64,000 nucleotides of DNA from Thermotogaceae bacterium (GTDB lineage: Bacteria; Thermotogota; Thermotogae; B21-G9; HyVt-16): NCBI GenBank assembly GCA_029981435.1, contig JARRBB010000002.1, forward strand, positions 1,042-65,041, written 5' to 3'. The notes beneath the pieces were generated by a model. The model was not told the origin of the DNA. It searched no databases and saw nothing but the letters and a program-made list of their open reading frames with translations. Of this stretch, positions 57,548 to 64,000 are shown piece by piece; the first letter of the stretch is position 1; every line of letters begins with the position of its first letter. The position numbers and the translations under genes were made by a program.

Positions 57548-58056
57548 GAATCTTTCCAATATCCGTATTTTTGATTTTAATAGCGATAATCAATTTTGGT
57601 TTCAGATCTTTTGAAATAAATCCTTTTGATTATCTGAATGAAAGAGATTTGAAAATTCTAAAAGCTTTGGGTTTGAATCTTGAAAATATTCCAGAACAGA
57701 TTTTGGTAATAGAAACTGATAACTTATCAGAATTTGTCAATATTTCGAATGCTCCACATTTTTTATCGGCAATAACCAGAGACGGTAAGATATTTATTCA
57801 GAATAAGAATTATCTTTTAAAGAAATTTGATAAAACTTTGAAACATGAGGTTCTTCATGTAATATTGCATGCACTGGATTTGCCATATTTTTTAGAGGAA
57901 GGACTGGTGTGCGAATTAACTGAGGAATGGAAAGGTAGAAAGAGAAGTATAATAAATGTAGAGAACACAAACTACACTGAACTTAGAACACTGTGGGAGT
58001 TGGAATCTTATTCTTATTCTTGTTGGATAAAAATTAAAGAGATCTTTGGATTCTAA
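57544..58056 (+). CDS. small exported protein with HExxH motif (putative mini zinc-metallopeptidase-like)
   Basis: A TTG start overlaps the A2M stop as TTGA. A signal peptide and the motif KHEVLHVILH are present. Confidence 0.5.
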   Translation: MRIFPISVFLILIAIINFGFRSFEINPFDYLNERDLKILKALGLNLENIPEQILVIETDNLSEFVNISNAPHFLSAITRDGKIFIQNKNYLLKKFDKTLKHEVLHVILHALDLPYFLEEGLVCELTEEWKGRKRSIINVENTNYTELRTLWELESYSYSCWIKIKEIFGF

Positions 58057-58094
58057 ATTTCTTGAATTACTTTTTGGTTATGTAAAACTTATCG

Positions 58095-58115
58095 TGATAT
58101 ACTTTCAATTGAAAG
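58095..58115 (+). promoter_or_regulatory. extended -10 element (TGaTATACT) overlapping a perfect 14-bp palindrome CTTTCAATTGAAAG (candidate operator)
   Basis: The extended -10 element lies at 58095-58103 and the palindrome at 58102-58115, upstream of the lipoprotein gene at 58154. Confidence 0.45.
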
Positions 58116-58153
58116 TGATTTCTATACAAGTAATTTTAAGGAGGTAAAGGAGG

Positions 58154-59746
58154 ATGCATAAAAAGAAATTCCTTGTTTTGATTCTAACTATTTTTATCGT
58201 AGTGGCTTTTGTAGTAACCTCGTGTGACCTTATAAAAAAAGAAACACCTAAACAAACGAATACTGCTCCCAATGAGCCTTCCTCTCCTGTTCCAGCAGAT
58301 GGTGCTACCAGCGTTTCAATAAACACATTGCTCAGCTGGGTTTGTTCTGATCCCGATGGTGATGTCTTAAGTTACGATTTGTATTTCGGCGAAAATGAAC
58401 AGAATCTTGTTTTGAAGGCATCAAATTTGACTTCAAACAGTTATCAACTGAGCAATCTTGAGTATTCAAAAACATATTACTGGAAAGTAGTCGCAAAGGA
58501 TACCGATGGTAAATCAGCCATCGGACCGGTATGGTCTTTCACTACAGAACCTCATCCAAACAGAGCGCCTAAATTTTCAACGCTTTCGCCATTGAACAAT
58601 TCAAACAACGTTCCTTTGGATGTCTTTTTGTCTTGGAATGCATATGATGAAGATGGTGATACTGTAACTTACGATATATACTTTGGAACCAATCCAAACC
58701 CATCGCTCATAAAACAGAATGTCCCAGTTGAAACCTTCCAACCTATAACGGAATTTGAGCTCAGTTACAACACTTATTATTACTGGAAAGTTGTGGCAAA
58801 AGACACAAAAGGTGCTCAAACAAGTAGCGATGTGATGGTTTTCAAAACTCAAATGCCGCCTAACAATCCGCCTGTAACTCCTTCTAACGGTTGGCCCTCG
58901 AATGTCACAAATATGCCACTTGATTTAACACTTTCTTGGACATGTTCAGATCCCGATGGTGATAACCTAACGTATGATCTGTATTTTGGTACAAGCTCAA
59001 ATCCATCAAAGATTTTGAATAATTACAGTGGTAATAGTTACACACTTCACAGTCTCAATGGTAACACAACATATTACTGGAAAGTTGTGGCGAAAGATGG
59101 AAAAGGTGGGGTAACATCAGGACCTGTATGGTCTTTTACAACCTTAGGAAATAATTCTCCAAATGCTTTTAATTTAATTAATCCATCAAATGGCCAGACA
59201 AATGTGCCGGTGAACGGAGTAACTTTGCAATGGAATCCATCGACAGATCAAGATGGTGACTCGGTATATTATGATCTGTATTTCGGCACCAATCCTAACC
59301 CACCTCTTTACGCAGGACATCTTTACGGCACAAGTTATGCATTACCAAGATTGAATTACAGCACAACTTATTACTGGAAAGTAATCGCAAGGGATGGAAA
59401 GGGTGGCAGTACAAGTTCTGGCGTGAGTAGCTTCACAACTGATGCAAACCAGGCTCCACAAATAAACTCCATGCAACCTTCAAATAATTCAAACAATCAA
59501 TTGAGAGCCAATTTAGCTTTGAACTGGAGTGTAACTGACCCCAACAACGATAACTGGACAGTTGATGTTTACCTTGGGACTAATCCGGTTAACCTCCAGA
59601 AAATAGCGGATGGTTTGACTGGTAACAGTTACGTTATAAAAGATGTTTTGGCAGCTAATACCACTTATTACTGGCAAATCGTTGTGAAGGATCAAGGAGG
59701 TCTTTCAACGACATCTTCTTTATATAATTTCACGACTGGAAAATAA
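58154..59746 (+). CDS. lipoprotein with five tandem FN3-like repeats of about 100 aa
   Basis: A signal peptide with a lipobox-like VTSC is followed by five repeats, each carrying DPDGD..YDLYFGTNPNP...TYYWKVVAKD...SFTT. Confidence 0.7.
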   Translation: MHKKKFLVLILTIFIVVAFVVTSCDLIKKETPKQTNTAPNEPSSPVPADGATSVSINTLLSWVCSDPDGDVLSYDLYFGENEQNLVLKASNLTSNSYQLSNLEYSKTYYWKVVAKDTDGKSAIGPVWSFTTEPHPNRAPKFSTLSPLNNSNNVPLDVFLSWNAYDEDGDTVTYDIYFGTNPNPSLIKQNVPVETFQPITEFELSYNTYYYWKVVAKDTKGAQTSSDVMVFKTQMPPNNPPVTPSNGWPSNVTNMPLDLTLSWTCSDPDGDNLTYDLYFGTSSNPSKILNNYSGNSYTLHSLNGNTTYYWKVVAKDGKGGVTSGPVWSFTTLGNNSPNAFNLINPSNGQTNVPVNGVTLQWNPSTDQDGDSVYYDLYFGTNPNPPLYAGHLYGTSYALPRLNYSTTYYWKVIARDGKGGSTSSGVSSFTTDANQAPQINSMQPSNNSNNQLRANLALNWSVTDPNNDNWTVDVYLGTNPVNLQKIADGLTGNSYVIKDVLAANTTYYWQIVVKDQGGLSTTSSLYNFTTGK

Positions 59747-59772
59747 TCTTTCAACAAGAAACTTTTTAATTT

Positions 59773-59808
59773 AATATCCCCCGATTTTCGGGGGATATTT
59801 TATTTTTT
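59773..59808. terminator. bidirectional rho-independent terminator between convergent genes
   Basis: The stem atatccccc/gggggatat (loop gattttc) is followed by TTTATTTTTT on the + strand and is T-rich on the minus side. Confidence 0.75.
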
Positions 59809-61513
59809 AAAGGTTTTTCTTTATCAAAACGGCTAGTTTTTCGCTCTTCACAACTTCTTTTATTTCATTTATGCTCGCATTCCTTACTTTCTCAACACTT
59901 CCAAATCTTTTCAAAAGTGCCTTCTTCCTTTTTGGACCTATTCCAGGTATATTGTCAAGTTTGGACTCCACAATTCTTTTATCTCTTAATTTTGAGTGGA
60001 AAGAGTTTGCAAATCGATGTGATTCATCCCTTACCTTTATAAGCAGTCTCAAAGCAATATCATCAAGGGGTAATTTTAAATCTGTTTTGGCACCAGGGAA
60101 AACTATTCTTTCATCTTCTTTTGCAATACCAACAACCGGACAACTTTTTCCAATACTTTTCAAAGCCTCAACTGCAGAATTGACCTGTCCTTTTCCACCA
60201 TCTATGAATAGAAGATCTGGTAGATCATATTTCTGATATCTGCGAATTACAACCTTTTTTATAGAAAGAAAATCGTCAGGGCTGTTTATACTATCAAATC
60301 TATACCGCCTGTATTCATTTTTCATCGGTTTACCATCTACAAAGACCACCAAAGATGCTACCGTAAAAAGCCCCTGCGTATGTGATATATCTATTCCTTC
60401 TATCCGACGTGGAAGATGAGGAAGTTCGAGTATTTCCTTTAACCTGTTAAGGGCATTTTCAGTATCTTCTATTTTTCTGTACTCTTCCTCCCAGTTCAGT
60501 CTGGATAGTTCGAGAATTTTAATCTCAAAATCATTCCTTGGTTTACCTACATAATTAGTGCCAAACGTTTTAGAGATTTCAGATTCAGTTTTAAAATTTG
60601 TCAAAATAATTTCTGGAATAGAGAGTTTCAAACCAAAATACAGCTGTCTTAAAAAATCTTCAGGTTCTCCATTGAATTCAAAAGAAAGTTTCCCCAGAAG
60701 ATTTCCATTCCTTATTCTGAGAACTTCTCCGACACCTTTTTTGAAAAATATACCATCGACATCTAAATTTTCATTAAAAACAACGAACTGTGGTTCGAAT
60801 ATATTCCTTATTCCAAAAATCAGGTCCCTTATGTTTGCTGCTTTCTCAAATTCCAACAATTCTGATAGTCTTTTCATCTCTTTTTCAAGTTCTTCTATGA
60901 GTTGTTTGATTTCACCATTCAAAAATTCTTTGAACTTTCTAACCTGCTTATTGTATTCCTCTGCTGTTATTTTACCGGCACATGGTGCTGAACACATATT
61001 TAGATGGTACTCAAGACAAGGCTTTCGGGATTTATCAGGTTTTATATCGATTGAACAGCTTCTTATCTTGAATAACTTGTATGATAAATTCAGAAGTCTT
61101 CTCACAAAACCTATATCTGTATAAGGACCGTAATACTCTCCTTCTTCTTTCTTTTCTCTAACAATTTTAATAGTCGGAAACTTTTCGTTGGATATGAATA
61201 TATAAGGATACCATCTTGTTTCCTTTAACATAGCATTGTAAACTGGTTTTTCTTTAAAAATCAGATTGGCTTCCAGCAGGAGAGCTTCTTTTTCTGAATT
61301 TACAACTATATAGTCAAGTTCATCTGCTTCATTCACAATTTTTTCAGCTTTTGAACCAGCATTTTTACTGAAATAGGAGAGAACTCGTTTTTTCAAATTT
61401 TTGGCCTTTCCTATGTATATCACCTTGCTGGAGTTTTTAAAAATATAAACTCCAGGAGTTTCAGGAAATTCATTCTTTACCTTTTCATACAATTTCAAAC
61501 TACTTTTTTTCAT
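59807..61513 (-). CDS. uvrC: excinuclease ABC subunit C
   Basis: An N-terminal GIY-YIG domain (PGVYIFKNSSKVIYIGKAKNLKKRVLSYF), a UvrBC-interaction region and a C-terminal RNaseH-like/HhH region are present. Confidence 0.85.
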   Translation of the reverse strand: MKKSSLKLYEKVKNEFPETPGVYIFKNSSKVIYIGKAKNLKKRVLSYFSKNAGSKAEKIVNEADELDYIVVNSEKEALLLEANLIFKEKPVYNAMLKETRWYPYIFISNEKFPTIKIVREKKEEGEYYGPYTDIGFVRRLLNLSYKLFKIRSCSIDIKPDKSRKPCLEYHLNMCSAPCAGKITAEEYNKQVRKFKEFLNGEIKQLIEELEKEMKRLSELLEFEKAANIRDLIFGIRNIFEPQFVVFNENLDVDGIFFKKGVGEVLRIRNGNLLGKLSFEFNGEPEDFLRQLYFGLKLSIPEIILTNFKTESEISKTFGTNYVGKPRNDFEIKILELSRLNWEEEYRKIEDTENALNRLKEILELPHLPRRIEGIDISHTQGLFTVASLVVFVDGKPMKNEYRRYRFDSINSPDDFLSIKKVVIRRYQKYDLPDLLFIDGGKGQVNSAVEALKSIGKSCPVVGIAKEDERIVFPGAKTDLKLPLDDIALRLLIKVRDESHRFANSFHSKLRDKRIVESKLDNIPGIGPKRKKALLKRFGSVEKVRNASINEIKEVVKSEKLAVLIKKNL

Positions 61514-62819
61514 AATTTTTCATACCCTGCCATAGATCTTCAAGACGTTTTTTTATGTTTTTTTCTGTTCCACGATCGTTTGGATAATAGAAAACCATAC
61601 CTTTCAACTTTTCAGGTAGATAATTATCCACAACAAATCCATTCTCAAAATCGTGGACATATTTGTAACCTTTTCCATATCCCATATTTTTCATGAGTTC
61701 TGTTACTGGATTTCTCAGCTTAAAAGGAACATCTTCATTGGCAGTTTTTCGAGCTATATCGGCTGCTTTTTCATAAGCTTCGTAAACTGAGTTACTTTTG
61801 GGACAGACAGAAAGATATATCACAGCTTCTGCGAGTGCAGTTGTACATTCAGGCATTCCTATGAATTGAGTCGCCTGATAAGCAGCTACAGCTATTAAAA
61901 GTGCTTTAGGATCAGCAAGTCCTACATCTTCGCTTGCAAACCTGACGATTCTTCTGGCTATGTAAAGTGGATCTTCACCTGCTTCAAGCATACGTGCCAT
62001 GTAGTACAATGCAGCGTCTGGGTCACTGCCACGCATACTTTTGTGAAAAGCCGAGATCAAGTCGAAATGCTCATCGCCTTTTTTTCTATATTTCGCAACG
62101 TTTCTTACAAGAAGTCTATCCAGAGATTCTAGATCTATATTTTTATTTCCAAAACTAAGAGAGCTTCTCACAACAAGTTCAAGGTAATTCAAAGCAGAAC
62201 GTGCATCGCCTTCAGAAACTTTTGAGATAACCTCAAGAACATCAGAAGATATTTCAAAATCATGAGATTTTTTCAAAAAATCCACCGCATTGGATAAAAT
62301 CTTAAGTATTTCTTCATCTTTGAGTTTTCTAAAAACAATAATTTCACATCTTGATAAAAGTGCTGGATTGACTTCAAAACTTGGATTTTCAGTTGTAGAA
62401 CCAATCAACACAACTTTCCCTTCTTCTACGTATGGGAGAAGAATATCCTGCTGCAACCTATTGAACCTATGAATTTCATCGAGAAAAATTATTGCTCCTC
62501 TTCCAGTTGTCTGAAAATACGTGTTCGCCTTTTCAAGAATAGGTCTAAGGTCAGACAGACCACTTGTTGCTGCACTGAATCTGTAAAGAGGTCTTTTAGT
62601 GTATTTTTCTATCAAATTCGCCACAGAGGTTTTACCGCAACCAGGTGGCCCGTACAGAATGCACGAAAAGAGCCGGTCTTCCTCAATAGCCTTTCTCAAT
62701 GTACCATTTTTACCTAATATATGTTCCTGTCCAATGAATTCGTCAAAAGTATTGGGCCTTAATTTTGAAGCCAATGGTTCATTGGAGTTATTATCATTCC
62801 AAAGTCCCTTTTGAAACAT
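61500..62819 (-). CDS. rarA: replication-associated recombination protein A (AAA+ ATPase RarA/MgsA)
   Basis: Walker A GPPGCGKTS, Walker B IIFLDEIHR, sensor regions and a C-terminal MgsA domain are present. Confidence 0.85.
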   Translation of the reverse strand: MFQKGLWNDNNSNEPLASKLRPNTFDEFIGQEHILGKNGTLRKAIEEDRLFSCILYGPPGCGKTSVANLIEKYTKRPLYRFSAATSGLSDLRPILEKANTYFQTTGRGAIIFLDEIHRFNRLQQDILLPYVEEGKVVLIGSTTENPSFEVNPALLSRCEIIVFRKLKDEEILKILSNAVDFLKKSHDFEISSDVLEVISKVSEGDARSALNYLELVVRSSLSFGNKNIDLESLDRLLVRNVAKYRKKGDEHFDLISAFHKSMRGSDPDAALYYMARMLEAGEDPLYIARRIVRFASEDVGLADPKALLIAVAAYQATQFIGMPECTTALAEAVIYLSVCPKSNSVYEAYEKAADIARKTANEDVPFKLRNPVTELMKNMGYGKGYKYVHDFENGFVVDNYLPEKLKGMVFYYPNDRGTEKNIKKRLEDLWQGMKNYEKK

Positions 62820-62822
62820 ATT

Positions 62823-63764
62823 TCAACTGTTCCCTCTAAACCATTCGACAGTTTCTCTTAAACCTTCTTCAAGATTCCACGATGGCTTCCAATCAAGTAT
62901 CTCAGCCGCGAGTGAATTGTCTAAAATGCTTTTCCTCAAATCTCCAGGTCTTGGAGGACCATAAACAGGTTCAAGATTGTATTCTGGTATTAATTGATGT
63001 ATCTTTTTGAAAAGCTCATTAACAGTTGTACCTAAACCAGTACTTATGTTCAAAGAGACATTCTTAGCTTTTTTCATAGCTTCCATATTCGCACTTACAA
63101 CATCTTTTACATAAATATAATCTCTTATATTCTCACCATCACCAAAAATTGTAACTTCCTTCCCTTCAAGCATTCGTTTTGTAAAAATAGCAACCACACC
63201 TGCTTCACCATGAGGATTCTGCCTGGGACCATAAACATTAGAGTATCTCAAAGCAACGTATTCCAAACCATGTTCTAAAGAGTAAAATTTCAGATATTTT
63301 TCCCCAGCCAGTTTTGAAATTCCGTAAGGTGATACGGGATCTTCTTTACACGACTCAGGTGTTGGTATTTTATCAGGGTTATCACCATACATAACTCCAC
63401 CAGAAGAACTGAATATGAATTTCTTAACACCATATTTTGCTGAAAGCATCAGTAAATTCAACATACCTATTATATTTATATCTGCATCTTTTTTTGGATC
63501 TCTCGTAGACTCAGAAACACTTATCTGTGCTGCCAGATGAAAAACATATGACGGTTTATGTATTTGGAAGAGCTTTTCAAGGGAATTGAATTCTCTGATG
63601 TCCCAACTATATAACAATGCACTTGGATCAAGATTCTCTACATTCCCTGTGGACAGATTATCAACAACCACCACACCATACTCTTGCTTTAATAGTTCAT
63701 CGACCAGATGGGATCCTATGAATCCAGCTCCACCTGTTACCAGTACCGTATCCAACTTCCTCAC
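62823..63764 (-). CDS. SDR-family NAD-dependent epimerase/dehydratase (GalE/UDP-sugar 4-epimerase-like)
   Basis: VLVTGGAGFIGSHLV at the N-terminus, the catalytic motif YGISK and a size of about 313 aa fit this family. Confidence 0.75.
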   Translation of the reverse strand: MRKLDTVLVTGGAGFIGSHLVDELLKQEYGVVVVDNLSTGNVENLDPSALLYSWDIREFNSLEKLFQIHKPSYVFHLAAQISVSESTRDPKKDADINIIGMLNLLMLSAKYGVKKFIFSSSGGVMYGDNPDKIPTPESCKEDPVSPYGISKLAGEKYLKFYSLEHGLEYVALRYSNVYGPRQNPHGEAGVVAIFTKRMLEGKEVTIFGDGENIRDYIYVKDVVSANMEAMKKAKNVSLNISTGLGTTVNELFKKIHQLIPEYNLEPVYGPPRPGDLRKSILDNSLAAEILDWKPSWNLEEGLRETVEWFRGNS

Positions 63765-63768
63765 CCTT

Positions 63769-64000
63769 TCAGATGCTTTTATTTTCTCTCAAAAATTTGT
63801 ACAGTTCATCGCAGCCTTCCTCGGGAACTTTCTTGAGTATCCCAACGAACTTTTCAAATCTTTCCTGAATTTTTGAGTCAATAAAATGTTCAATCTGGCA
63901 TGATATTTTCTCGGAAAGATGCTCTGGTATACCAATTATTTCAGTAAAGAAATCCAGTATTTCAGAATGAATTTTTTCCAAATCTTTTGCTCTATCTTTA
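63769..64000 (-). CDS. hypothetical protein, 5'-truncated by the window edge
   Basis: The minus-strand frame stays open to the window edge (...KDRAKDLEKIHSEIL...). Only about 77 C-terminal codons are visible, which is too little to assign a function. Confidence 0.4.
   Translation of the reverse strand, partial: KDRAKDLEKIHSEILDFFTEIIGIPEHLSEKISCQIEHFIDSKIQERFEKFVGILKKVPEEGCDELYKFLRENKSI

Noticed and set aside
58105-58326. Minus-strand 73-aa ORF across the lipoprotein promoter and start
   Set aside because: It overlaps the promoter, the ribosome-binding site and the signal-peptide coding region of a well-supported + gene, so it is spurious.
1-64000. CRISPR arrays, insertion sequences, integrases and prophage genes
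   Set aside because: I scanned for short direct repeats with regular spacing and for transposase or integrase motifs and found none. The only tandem repeats are the in-frame FN3-like protein repeats at 58230-59740.

Overview
This window looks like a densely packed, AT-rich chromosomal segment from a thermophilic anaerobe. The gene content suggests Thermotogae (a guess; no search was run). It carries about 67 protein-coding genes, many with ATGA/TTGA start-stop overlaps and non-ATG starts, plus one tRNA-Val(GAC) at 23669..23743 on the minus strand. I found no CRISPR arrays, transposases or integrases. From start to end the window contains: an ABC-2 exporter pair with a TetR regulator; an EamA transporter; an RsmC-like methyltransferase; an EcfA1/EcfA2 ATPase pair with no EcfT; DUF4438-like, YbjQ, nucleotidyltransferase and TauE genes; wecB; a thioredoxin–CcdA fusion; a bacterial glycerol-1-phosphate dehydrogenase (AraM/EgsA-like); an iron-sulfur flavoprotein; YjbQ; YitT; ahcY; rsmG (apparently with a non-AUG start); a THUMP methyltransferase; a formimidoyltransferase; rlmH; a CNNM/CorC protein; cdd; a second ABC-2 exporter; the [FeFe]-hydrogenase maturase cluster (regulator–hydG–small ORF–hydE) preceded by a terminator/antiterminator leader; a solo Phd/YefM-like gene; a MalK-type ATPase; pyk; pfkA; mutS; miaB; a PqaA-like secreted protein; a CUT1 sugar ABC transporter (binding protein plus two permeases); a 13-gene Mbx/Ehr-type Mrp–complex-I-like membrane oxidoreductase operon (39258..49729) in which the catalytic NuoD-like subunit lacks the NiFe-ligating cysteine pairs and the ferredoxin subunit is fused to a GltD/NfnB-like NAD(P)H flavoprotein, followed by a ferritin-like gene; then a cell-envelope cluster of DUF2207, a DUF1175-like protein, a thioester-containing α2-macroglobulin (GCVEQ), a translationally coupled HExxH mini-protein and a five-repeat FN3-like lipoprotein; and finally uvrC, rarA and an SDR epimerase. 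The most interesting regions are the Mbx/Ehr-like operon, the hydG/hydE leader attenuator, and the α2-macroglobulin cluster.
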